64,000 bases of DNA. Source: Bacteroidota bacterium (GTDB lineage: Bacteria; Bacteroidota; Bacteroidia; AKYH767-A; 2013-40CM-41-45). The number at the start of each line of letters is the position of its first letter. Positions within the stretch are counted from its first letter, which is position 1. The notes beneath the pieces were generated by a model, which made no database searches, was not told the origin of the DNA, and was given only the letters and a program-made list of their open reading frames with translations. A program made the position numbers and the translations under genes. Shown here piece after piece: positions 39,637-48,570 of the stretch. The stretch lies in contig JAPLDA010000085.1 of NCBI GenBank assembly GCA_026391945.1, positions 8,320 through 72,319 of the forward strand, read 5' to 3'.

Positions 39637-40800
39637 GTGACTGGAAAATACAAACTGCTGGCGAAAACGACTTTTGGTTTTGAAGATATATTGGCTGAAG
39701 AACTTCGCTTGCTGGGCGCTGAAAACATCGAAAAGGTAACCAGGGCAGTCACGTTCGAAGGTGATGATGAAATCATGTACAGGGCTAATCTCTGGAGCCG
39801 GGTTGCCTTGCGGATTTTAAAGCCTGTAAAATCTTTTCCTGCGGGCAGCGAACAACAATTGTACGATGAAGTAAGAAAAATCGACTGGAGCCAGTTTATT
39901 TCTGTGGATGATACACTGGCCGTTGACGGAGTCGTCAGCAATTCGGTTCTGAATCATTCGTTGTATGTGGCGTTGAAAACGAAGGATGCCATTGTTGACC
40001 AGTTCCGTGATCTTACCGGTAAACGACCTTCAGTGGATACGGCACATCCTACCGTTCGAATCAATGTGCACATCAGCAGGGACGTGGCCAATATTTCACT
40101 CGACAGTTCCGGTGATTCCTTGCATAAGCGTGGATACCGCAACCAGACAGGCGAAGCTCCCATCAACGAAACGCTGGCAGCGGGAATGGTGATACTGAGC
40201 GGATGGGACCGTAAAAGTCCGCTCATCGATTTCATGTGCGGAAGCGGAACCATTTTGATTGAGGCTGCGTTGATGGCAAGAAACATTGCTCCCGGAATTT
40301 TCAGAAATGAATTTGGTTTCCAGCGCTGGAAAGAATTTGATAATGAGTTGTGGGAAAAGATCCGTGAAGAAGCCAAGGCCGGTGAAATCAGCAAAGTTGA
40401 TTTTCCGTTGACGGGAATAGAGAAATTTGCTCCGACACTTAAAATGGCGAAAGAGAATGCAGGCAATGCAAAGCTGGCAGACAGCATCCGGTTCCAGGCG
40501 ATGACGTTTGAAGAATATACTCCTGAAGCGCAAAATGGAACGGTGATCATCAACCCACCTTATGGCGGAAGAATTACCGACCAGGATTTGCTGCAGTTGT
40601 ATAAAACGATCGGCGACAACCTGAAAAAAAAATACAAAGGGTTCACTGCATGGATACTCACGGCTAATAAGGAAGCTGCAAAAAGCATTGGTTTAAAACC
40701 ATCGCGAAAAATAGAGTTGTACAATGGTTCTCTCGAATGCCGGTTTCTTAAATTTGAATTGTACGAAGGAACGAGGAAGAAAGTAAAGGAAGCCGAGTAA
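39637..40800 (+). CDS. THUMP-domain class I SAM-dependent RNA methyltransferase (RlmKL/UPF0020-like)
   Basis: N-terminal THUMP region, GSGTILIEAA motif I, and NPPYG catalytic motif IV. Confidence 0.8.
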   Translation: MTGKYKLLAKTTFGFEDILAEELRLLGAENIEKVTRAVTFEGDDEIMYRANLWSRVALRILKPVKSFPAGSEQQLYDEVRKIDWSQFISVDDTLAVDGVVSNSVLNHSLYVALKTKDAIVDQFRDLTGKRPSVDTAHPTVRINVHISRDVANISLDSSGDSLHKRGYRNQTGEAPINETLAAGMVILSGWDRKSPLIDFMCGSGTILIEAALMARNIAPGIFRNEFGFQRWKEFDNELWEKIREEAKAGEISKVDFPLTGIEKFAPTLKMAKENAGNAKLADSIRFQAMTFEEYTPEAQNGTVIINPPYGGRITDQDLLQLYKTIGDNLKKKYKGFTAWILTANKEAAKSIGLKPSRKIELYNGSLECRFLKFELYEGTRKKVKEAE

Positions 40801-40896
40801 GGAATAAGTGATCATGTTGATGGAATAAAGTACTCCGGAAATTTTTGAAAAAAAAATGAATAGTGAAAAGTGAAGATTGAAAATAGGAATCTTACC

Positions 40897-41865
40897 ATGA
40901 AAAAAATTGCACTTTTTACCAGTGGCGGCGATTCGCCTGGAATGAATGCCTGCATACGTGCTGTGGTTCGTTCGGGAATTTTCAAAGGATTGGAAGTTAC
41001 CGGGATCACTCATGGTTACGAAGGAATGATTGAAGGAAAATTCATTCCCATGAAATCTGAATCCGTCAGCGGAATTATACAACGCGGTGGTACCATCCTG
41101 AAAACAGCCCGCAGCAAGCGTTTTATGACAGCAGAAGGAATGAAGCTGGCGTATGAAAATCTTTCCCGCGAAAAAATTGACGGAGTTATTGCCATTGGCG
41201 GTGATGGTACCTTCAGAGGTGCTCTTGAATTTAACAGGACGTATGATATTCCTTTTATCGGAATTCCCGGTACCATTGACAATGATCTTGTGGGAACTGA
41301 TTTCACTCTTGGTTTTGATACAGCCATCAACACGGTTGTGGAAGCGGTGGATAAAATAAGAGATACGGCTGCTTCGCACGACCGTTTGTTTTTTGTTGAA
41401 GTGATGGGAAGAGACGCAGGATCCATTGCCTTGCTCAGTGGCATCAGTGTGGGCGCGGAAGCCATCCTGATTCCGGAGACCAAAACACATGTCGACCGGT
41501 TGATCAACACCTTAAAAAAAGGATGGCATCGGAATAAGACTTCGATGATCGTGATTGTTGCCGAAGGAGAAGAAGCCGGAGGCGCCTACCAGATTGCAGA
41601 ACTCGTGAAGAAACAATTCACCAGTATCGAAACACGGGTAACGGTTCTCGGGCATATTCAGCGCGGTGGAAACCCAACCTGCAACGACCGTGTGCTGGCA
41701 AGCCGTTTGGGTGTTGCTGCTGTTGAAGCCATGATGGAGGGCAGGAGGGAAGTGATGGCCGGACTGATCAACAATGAAATTTCTTTTACTCCTTTTTCAC
41801 AGGCGGTGAAACAACACATCATCAACCAGAATCTTTTGAAAATTGCGGAGATACTTTCGCTGTAA
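40897..41865 (+). CDS. pfkA: ATP-dependent 6-phosphofructokinase
   Basis: FTSGGDSPGMNA, GGDGT and VMGRDAG motifs. Confidence 0.9.
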   Translation: MKKIALFTSGGDSPGMNACIRAVVRSGIFKGLEVTGITHGYEGMIEGKFIPMKSESVSGIIQRGGTILKTARSKRFMTAEGMKLAYENLSREKIDGVIAIGGDGTFRGALEFNRTYDIPFIGIPGTIDNDLVGTDFTLGFDTAINTVVEAVDKIRDTAASHDRLFFVEVMGRDAGSIALLSGISVGAEAILIPETKTHVDRLINTLKKGWHRNKTSMIVIVAEGEEAGGAYQIAELVKKQFTSIETRVTVLGHIQRGGNPTCNDRVLASRLGVAAVEAMMEGRREVMAGLINNEISFTPFSQAVKQHIINQNLLKIAEILSL

Positions 41866-41915
41866 TTCATTCTTCGGAAAGCAAATATACCTTCTGCCAC
41901 CATCCTGTTTGGCGC

Positions 41916-41960
41916 AAAAAAAAACCGGTGCCTTCCAAAGGAAAACACCGGTATAAAAAT
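41916..41960. terminator. bidirectional terminator between pfkA and the SWIB gene
   Basis: AAAAAAAACCGGTG-ccttccaaaggaaaa-CACCGGTATAAAAAT. Confidence 0.7.
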
Positions 41961-41969
41961 TTAAAGAAA

Positions 41970-42341
41970 TCAAGAAAGATGTCCGCTGATGAGTTTCGTC
42001 ATTTCGAACATGTTGACGGTTTTCTTTCCGCCAAAAACTTTTTTCAGGGCTTCGTCCGCATTGATGTTGCGTCTTTCTTTAGGATCCTGAAGATTGTTTT
42101 TCTTGATGTAGGCCCAAACTTTCTTCGTAACTTCTGTTCTTGGAAGAGGTTTTACGCCTACAATCGGCTGCAATGCTGTACCGATGTTTACTGGTTTCAT
42201 GAAAGCTGCATTGGGTTTTCTTTTTGTTTTTGGTTTTGCTGCTTTCTTTACTGCCTTCGCTTTTGCTTTAGGTTTAGCTTTCGCTTTAACTTTCGCTTTA
42301 GGCTTTGTAGCCTTTTTTGCTTTTGATTTTTTTGTTGCCAT
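41970..42341 (-). CDS. histone-H1-like Lys/Ala-rich N-terminus fused to a SWIB/MDM2 domain
   Basis: MATKKSKAKKATKPKAKVKAKAKPKAKAKAVKKAAKPKTKRK, then a SWIB core ...VKPLPRTEVTKKVWAYIKKNNLQDPKERRNINADEALKKVFGG... Confidence 0.8.
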   Translation of the reverse strand: MATKKSKAKKATKPKAKVKAKAKPKAKAKAVKKAAKPKTKRKPNAAFMKPVNIGTALQPIVGVKPLPRTEVTKKVWAYIKKNNLQDPKERRNINADEALKKVFGGKKTVNMFEMTKLISGHLS

Positions 42342-42469
42342 AGTGTGGTTTATATTTAGTGGTTGAAAGATAATGCAAAATCACAATGAAAATACAATGG
42401 GTGAAAATATTTTTTCACAGGCCGGTACCGCTTTTACACAGGGTATTAACCACCCGGGATCCCCTTTGT

Positions 42470-43096
42470 TCAGTGGTGTTCATGCATAATAAAATCTCCG
42501 CTTCCCGGTCCTTCATTGAACAGTAAATCGATGCAACTGAGGCCGTGAATAAAACCATGCTTCGCTGAAAACACTTGCCTGTAGCGGTTTTTGGAGGGTT
42601 CATCATCCTTCGTCATGGCCGGATTACGATCAAATGCCCGGCGTAAATCAGTTGCAGCAGGCACGTTCACCTCGTAAGAACCGGTAAACGAAATGTCCAC
42701 AGGAACATCCAGCAACCGGAGGACAGTGTTCAAAAGTCCGAGGTTAAATTCCCACAAGGTCTCAATGGGCTCGTCGTAAAATACCCTGAAGTCATCCTCG
42801 TAGTATTCGAAAAATGCTGAGTTGCGGTAGGCTGAAACGATCGACCGCCAGTGTGTTTTCTGCCACTGAGTATCATAAGAAATTTTTACATCGCTGATCG
42901 GAATGGTGAATAAGTTGGTATGCTGAACAGGAATAATGAGAGGGAGAATACCGTTGGCTCCATAGATATAGGTACGGTTGCGAAGCGTTTGCTTTACGTA
43001 ATGTTCCTGTTTCTCAAGAATGATTTTTCCTGCTACTTTGCAAATAGCTGCATAGGAAACAGGAGGAAGATAGGAGGTTGGTAAGAGCGGAATCAC
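42470..43096 (-). CDS. WbqC-like family protein
   Basis: MIPLLPTSYLPPVSYAAI...QTLRNRTYIYGANG resembles the WbqC family. Confidence 0.6.
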   Translation of the reverse strand: MIPLLPTSYLPPVSYAAICKVAGKIILEKQEHYVKQTLRNRTYIYGANGILPLIIPVQHTNLFTIPISDVKISYDTQWQKTHWRSIVSAYRNSAFFEYYEDDFRVFYDEPIETLWEFNLGLLNTVLRLLDVPVDISFTGSYEVNVPAATDLRRAFDRNPAMTKDDEPSKNRYRQVFSAKHGFIHGLSCIDLLFNEGPGSGDFIMHEHH

Positions 43097-43160
43097 GGCA
43101 GTGAAATGAATGGCTTAGAGAATATTCAAACCTGTCAGCAGGAAATATTTTTTACCGGAT

Positions 43161-44651
43161 TCATCTTCTCTCATACGCCCCGAGGTCGGGATTGATGCCT
43201 TGCGGACGTGCATTTCCTTTCAGATCAAAATTCAGGACAGGGGAAAGGTTGGTGATGGAAATGGCCCCGGCATCAACAGCCATGGAAGTGGAATCAATTT
43301 CATAGATGTTGTTTGAAATGTCTTTGAACAAAGGAGAATAGCCTGTGATGACGGAATTGAAACGCAACGTTGAACCGGTCGGTATCGTGTTATCCACCTT
43401 CAGCAGGCAATGATCAAACCTGTAATTGTAATCAGCAAGCGTTCCGGATGATGTGGAGTCAAGACCAATTTCATTGTCGGCGGCTCCATACACGATGCAA
43501 TTGCCAAAGTATGCACTGTCGATCTTCCGGATTCCGTTGTTGTAATAGTTGTTGATGAGGATGGAAGGCGTCTGCCTGTTTCCGCCCGACCAGTAATTGG
43601 CAAACGTGCAATGCAGGAACCGGTGGTTTCCTCCGTATAACAATGCAGCCAGGTATTGCCCACTGTTTGCAAAGATGCAGTTGTTCGCCTTTACAGATGA
43701 ACCCTGTGCCAGCAAGGCAACACCGGCCATGTTCTTGACAATGGTATTGTTTAAGGATAGTGATGTTGTACCGGGCGTGTTAACCGTATCCACCTGCAAA
43801 CCGATGTTCCCGTTTTTAATGACAGCATAATCAATCGAACAGTTTTTTGCACCGGACCCGATTTCATTCGTGCCATTCACAAGGTTGCTGTGCGTAAGGT
43901 TCGATAACCAGATCCTGTCCCACTGCCCGGCTTCATTGTCGAAATTATATCCCAGCCTGTCGCCCTGGAAGGTCACAGGATCAGGCTGTGTACCGTTCAC
44001 CTTCAGTGTAGCATTGGAAAGTACGATGATTCCTGAGTGCGGGTGAAAATACACTTTGGTGCCTTCCGCAATCGTAAGCGTGCAGCCGGAATCCACCAGG
44101 GCATAACCGTAAACGACATGAGGCAAATCGTTCGTCCATGTTTCATTGCAATTCAGGAAAAACAATGAGCCTGTGTTTGCAGGCGCATGATGAAAGTGCG
44201 CGCGCTGTCCCCATGACTGGAGCATCACTTTTTGTTCGTTGCCGTTCAGGTCGAATAAAATGGAATCGCTCACCACAAAAGGCGTATTCGGATTGTTCGG
44301 GTCAGGAATGGTGACTTCCACGAAAATATAAATACTGTCCTTTGCACCGATGAAGACATTGTTAAAGGTTTTTCCAGGTGTGCCATTTACATTGAGCCGG
44401 TAATAAGAAGAATTTCCTGCGCCCAGATGTAACGATGAAATGTTCACGGCTTTGTCGTTGTTGTTGTAAACGAGGAAGACCTGTGTAGCGCTGCCAGTCT
44501 GGACAAAAACGGTATCGAAGAAAATGGTATCCTGCGAAAACTCAATGCGTGCCGAAGCATCCGTGATAATCTCATCTTCCTTTTTACAGGACGAGAAGAA
44601 AACGATGGCGGTGAGAATAACGACAGAATACCGGATCAGTGATTTGAACAT
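43161..44651 (-). CDS. right-handed parallel beta-helix repeat lipoprotein, hypothetical
   Basis: Lipobox ...FFSSCKKEDE. Repeated N.x.x.N/G beta-helix rungs (NCIFANSG, NTIVKNMAG, HCTFANYWSGGN). Confidence 0.55.
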   Translation of the reverse strand: MFKSLIRYSVVILTAIVFFSSCKKEDEIITDASARIEFSQDTIFFDTVFVQTGSATQVFLVYNNNDKAVNISSLHLGAGNSSYYRLNVNGTPGKTFNNVFIGAKDSIYIFVEVTIPDPNNPNTPFVVSDSILFDLNGNEQKVMLQSWGQRAHFHHAPANTGSLFFLNCNETWTNDLPHVVYGYALVDSGCTLTIAEGTKVYFHPHSGIIVLSNATLKVNGTQPDPVTFQGDRLGYNFDNEAGQWDRIWLSNLTHSNLVNGTNEIGSGAKNCSIDYAVIKNGNIGLQVDTVNTPGTTSLSLNNTIVKNMAGVALLAQGSSVKANNCIFANSGQYLAALLYGGNHRFLHCTFANYWSGGNRQTPSILINNYYNNGIRKIDSAYFGNCIVYGAADNEIGLDSTSSGTLADYNYRFDHCLLKVDNTIPTGSTLRFNSVITGYSPLFKDISNNIYEIDSTSMAVDAGAISITNLSPVLNFDLKGNARPQGINPDLGAYERR

Positions 44652-44731
44652 CTTGAGGCAAAGATAGATTTTCGGGAAGAACGGAAAAATCCGGTTAAAA
44701 TTTCATTGAATAAAAATTCATCAAAGAGAAA

Positions 44732-46438
44732 TCATTTGGCCACCTCTGAAAACATCTTCAGTTTTTTCTGAAGCATCTGCAATTCTTCTTTTGCCTTGCT
44801 TAAATTTTCTTCAACTTCTTTCAAAAGACCTCCCATGTTTTTTGAATTGGAGAAAAATCCCAGGTTGTTTTCATATTGGTTGATGGTGGCCTGCAGCCGC
44901 TTGATCTTGTCCTGGATGGTGCTGCGTTCCTTCCGCATCAGGTTGCCTGAATCTTCCGACTGGGCAAGAAGTTCCACGTTGTTCCGGAATTTGATGAGGT
45001 GCATTTGCGAAGCTTCCAGTTTCAGTGCATCGTACTTGCCGTCGAGTACTTTTTTGTACTTCTCATAAATGCGCTGCTTGTCTTTGTATGGAACATGGTC
45101 GATGGTTTTCCATTCGGCCGAAAAATCTTTCAGCGACTTCAGGTCGTCTTCTGCTTTGCCTGCCGGTTGAAACGCTTCCAGCCGTTTGATCAGTTCTTCT
45201 TTCTTTTCAAGATTCTTAACCAGGTCGGCATCTTTCTCATTGTAAAATCCCCGCTTGGCTTCGAAGAATTTATCACACGCTTCCCGGAATTTTTTCCACA
45301 TTTTATTTTCTTCCCATGAATCAATATGCCCGGCTTCTTTCCAGCCTTTCTGAAGCTGAAGGATTTGTTTGGTCGGGGTATCCCAGTCGTCATGCCGTGC
45401 GGCTGCAATTTCTTCTGCCTTTGCGATGATGGCCGCTTTCTTTTCTTTGTTCCCCTTATGAAGTTTTTTTATTTCAGTGAAGAAGACTTTTTTATTGGCA
45501 TAAAATAATTTTAAGGCATTCCGGAATCCTTCCCATAACTTTTCATTTTCCGCTTTCGGAGCAAAGCCGATTTGCTTCCAGCTTTCCAGGATTTTCTGAA
45601 GCGTTTCCGTCATCGTCTGCCATTGCTTCGGAGTGTCAAATTTCTCTTCACTGATTTTCACGGCGCGTTCCAGCAGCACTTTTTTTTCTGTGAGGTTGGC
45701 CTGTTCTTCTTTCTGACGTTCTTTATAATAGTCACGGATCTTTTGGTACACTTCACCGATCAACTCGCGGTAACGCGTACGGAGCTCCTCGGTTTTTTCA
45801 GGAGCAGTCGGGCCCATTTCCGACCATTCCATCCTGTACAATTTGATCATCCGTTCCATTCCACGGATGGATTCAATCTGCAGCAACGATTCAATTTTAC
45901 TGAGGAGTTGCGTACGGAATTCAAGGTTGCGTTTGAAGTCAAGCTCTTTGAGATCTTTGCTCAACTTCATGTTGTAATAAAAGTTGTGCGTATGCCGGTG
46001 GTAAGCACTCTGTACTTCCTTGTATTCGCGGTTCGGAATGTTCCCCACTTCATTCCACCTCGACTGAATTTCTTTGAATGCATTGAACGCTTTCCCGATA
46101 TTGGTTTCTTCCGCAATCAGTTTTTGCAGTTCAGCGATGATCTCTTCCTTCGCTTTCATTTTAGAATGAATCTCTGCTTTCTTTACCCGCTTGTATTTTG
46201 ATTCACGGTCACTGAGAATTAAAATGAGTTCATTGAAACGGCTATCTGCTTCTTCTTTCGGAGGCTGGAAGTCGTCTGCATTTCCTCCTTCTGCCAGGAA
46301 TTTTTCAAGCTGGTCATGTGTAATTGTCTCACAGGCCCGGAGGTACTCGTTCTTGATTTCATCTGCTTTGGCAAACGTTTCTTCTGTCATTTCTTCCTTA
46401 ACAAGTTCTTCCAAACGTTTGATAATGTCCTCTTTCAT
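44732..46438 (-). CDS. DUF349 domain-containing protein
   Basis: Highly charged coiled-coil protein with recurring ~75-aa W-containing repeats (..W.E.G.I....K..W..F). Confidence 0.65.
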   Translation of the reverse strand: MKEDIIKRLEELVKEEMTEETFAKADEIKNEYLRACETITHDQLEKFLAEGGNADDFQPPKEEADSRFNELILILSDRESKYKRVKKAEIHSKMKAKEEIIAELQKLIAEETNIGKAFNAFKEIQSRWNEVGNIPNREYKEVQSAYHRHTHNFYYNMKLSKDLKELDFKRNLEFRTQLLSKIESLLQIESIRGMERMIKLYRMEWSEMGPTAPEKTEELRTRYRELIGEVYQKIRDYYKERQKEEQANLTEKKVLLERAVKISEEKFDTPKQWQTMTETLQKILESWKQIGFAPKAENEKLWEGFRNALKLFYANKKVFFTEIKKLHKGNKEKKAAIIAKAEEIAAARHDDWDTPTKQILQLQKGWKEAGHIDSWEENKMWKKFREACDKFFEAKRGFYNEKDADLVKNLEKKEELIKRLEAFQPAGKAEDDLKSLKDFSAEWKTIDHVPYKDKQRIYEKYKKVLDGKYDALKLEASQMHLIKFRNNVELLAQSEDSGNLMRKERSTIQDKIKRLQATINQYENNLGFFSNSKNMGGLLKEVEENLSKAKEELQMLQKKLKMFSEVAK

Positions 46439-46541
46439 TGTTTTAATTTATTCGTACTGTTAGAAATCTTCAGCATGCCGCTGTCTTAAAGGGTTTCAAA
46501 AATAGAAAATGTTTTTATATTTCGTGTTGATGTCATAAAGT

Positions 46542-46592
46542 GTTTGAGAATTTGAGTGTTTGAGTGCGTAAGCGTTTGAGTGTTTAAGTGGT
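46542..46592. repeat. tandem (G)TTTGAGTG short repeats (4-5 copies)
   Basis: gtgtttgagaatttgagtgtttgagtgcgtaagcgtttgagtgtttaagtg. Confidence 0.7.
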
Positions 46593-46724
46593 AAGTTTTG
46601 GAGGGGAAAGGTACCTGTCAGGAACCCGGTTGTTGTCGTCAAGGCCACCAACCCCCCTTAAATACTTAAGCACATAAACACGTAAAAACTTCCTTGTACC
46701 CCTTGCAGGTTTACAAAAATAGTT

Positions 46725-46732
46725 TACATTTG
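46725..46732 (+). promoter_or_regulatory. candidate Bacteroidota sigma-A -7 element (TAnnTTTG) for rpmE2
   Basis: TACATTTG lies 22 nt upstream of the ATG, with TTG about 20 nt further upstream. Confidence 0.4.
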
Positions 46733-46753
46733 CACCCTCAATTTCAATAAATC

Positions 46754-47017
46754 ATGAAGGCAGACATTCACCCAAAGAATTACAGGTTAGTGGTTTTTAA
46801 AGACATATCATGTGATTATTCTTTTTTAACCAAGTCGACCGTCGACACAAAAGATACCATCAAATGGACTGATGGAAAGGAATATCCGCTGGTAAAGCTT
46901 GAGATTTCCCAGATGTCGCATCCTTATTATACCGGTAAGATGAAACTGGTAGATACTGCCGGTCGTGTGGATAAATTCCGCACCCGTTACAGCAAGAAAA
47001 AAGAAGTGGCTAAATAA
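46754..47017 (+). CDS. rpmE2: 50S ribosomal protein L31 type B (zinc-independent)
   Basis: [17 protein letters not shown]...HPYYTGK...VDKFRTRY; no CxxC pair. Confidence 0.85.
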   Translation: MKADIHPKNYRLVVFKDISCDYSFLTKSTVDTKDTIKWTDGKEYPLVKLEISQMSHPYYTGKMKLVDTAGRVDKFRTRYSKKKEVAK

Positions 47018-47036
47018 TCCATCTGACTTATTGCTC

Positions 47037-47067
47037 AGAAGCTATCTCACAAGGATAGCTTTTTTTA
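47037..47067 (+). terminator. rho-independent terminator after rpmE2
   Basis: AGAAGCTATC-tcacaagg-GATAGCTTTTTTT. Confidence 0.75.
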
Positions 47068-47151
47068 TGAAAACGTTTTTTCTTTTGAAGTGAACAACAG
47101 GTTACTGAATTGCCTGCAGAAATGTAACTTTGCATTTCATGCATTCCAAAA

Positions 47152-48351
47152 TTGGCTTCGATGAACTACATTTTATTCGATGATGAAACCCGGCTCAGCC
47201 TTCTTCCATTTACGTTTACCCGTCCTGTTGCAGAAATCCGAATCGGCATTCTGACGATTCGTGAAAAGTGGGAGCATTACCTGGATCAACCTGTATCGTA
47301 TATTACAGAAAAATTTCTTCGTGATAAGTTTCCGCTGAAATCATCCGGAGAGAATATGCTGATCAACGGATCCGTTCTGCCTGACAAGAACCTGTTGAAA
47401 GAAATCAATGGTTTAAAACCCGGTGAGTGCCTGGTAAAAGACGAAGTGCTCATTGCCGGTTTTGTTTCGGGTGATGTTCTTTCCGTGATGGAAACAGTAT
47501 CTGCCGCCGGGATGACTTCAACGAAAGAGTACACGGATGCACTTTTTAAGATCAATGCGAACTGGGATATCTTTTCAAAAAATGAACAGGCATTGAAGGA
47601 TGATTTTCTGCTGATCACCCAGGGAAAAAAATCGCAACCGCTGAGTGGTACCAACCGGGTCATGGGAGCAGAAAATATTTTCATTGAAGCCGGAGCCCGT
47701 GTCGAATGCTCAGTCTTAAATGCAACATCAGGATTTATTTACATCGGCAAAAATGCTGAAGTCATGGAAGGCTCCTTGATCCGCGGACCTTTTTCTCTCG
47801 GAGAAGATTCCGTCATCAAAATGGGAACAAAAATTTACGGTGCCACTACCATTGGTCCGCATTGCAAAGTGGGAGGCGAGGTTTCCAATTCAGTTTTGTT
47901 CGGTAATTCCAACAAGGCACATGAAGGCTTCCTGGGGAATTCGGTGATTGGTGAGTGGTGTAACCTCGGAGCCGATTCGAACAATTCCAACCTGAAGAAT
48001 AATTATTCAACAGTGAAAGTCTGGAGTTACCGCGAAGAAAATTATGTGAACACCGGCTTGCAGTTCTGCGGGTTGATGATGGCCGATCATTCCAAATGCA
48101 GCATCAATACGATGTTCAATACAGGTACCGTTGTAGGCGTGAGCGCCAATGTTTTTGGAAATGGTTTTCCACCCAAGTACATTCCATCGTATTCATGGGG
48201 AGGATCGGAAGGATTCAGCACCTACCGCATCGAAGAAGCCATTGAAGTGGCACAGCGTGTGTATGAAAGGAGAGGAAAAAAAATGGATGAAACAGACCAG
48301 GAAATCATGAAATATCTTTTTGACCTGACCACCAAATACAGGGCGTGGTAA
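47152..48351 (+). CDS. putative sugar nucleotidyltransferase with a C-terminal left-handed beta-helix (GlmU-like family)
   Basis: C-terminal hexapeptide repeats (IGPHCKVGGEVSNSVLFGNS, VIGEWCNLGADSNNSN). N-terminal region is a nucleotidyltransferase-like fold. Confidence 0.6.
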   Translation: MASMNYILFDDETRLSLLPFTFTRPVAEIRIGILTIREKWEHYLDQPVSYITEKFLRDKFPLKSSGENMLINGSVLPDKNLLKEINGLKPGECLVKDEVLIAGFVSGDVLSVMETVSAAGMTSTKEYTDALFKINANWDIFSKNEQALKDDFLLITQGKKSQPLSGTNRVMGAENIFIEAGARVECSVLNATSGFIYIGKNAEVMEGSLIRGPFSLGEDSVIKMGTKIYGATTIGPHCKVGGEVSNSVLFGNSNKAHEGFLGNSVIGEWCNLGADSNNSNLKNNYSTVKVWSYREENYVNTGLQFCGLMMADHSKCSINTMFNTGTVVGVSANVFGNGFPPKYIPSYSWGGSEGFSTYRIEEAIEVAQRVYERRGKKMDETDQEIMKYLFDLTTKYRAW

Positions 48352-48570
48352 AATAATCCCGTTCAAAAACCGGATGCACAAAGTCAGCCATTCGTATTGA
48401 AAATAATTGTCAAACACATCACTTTGAAAACTCCTCTTCAACATCAATTCTGTTAGCTGCCATGATTGCCTGTGAATACCTGACAGAACTGCTGCTGGCA
48501 TGGTAATCGAACAATGGAGAATTCAATTTATCAAGCATGAACAAGATCTCATGCGCATCAAAAAAAGAAA

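Noticed and set aside
42184-42366. A 60-aa plus-strand ORF rich in FALG repeats.
   Set aside because: It is antisense to the Lys/Ala-rich tail of the SWIB gene; the repetitiveness comes from the AAG/GCT codon run on the other strand.
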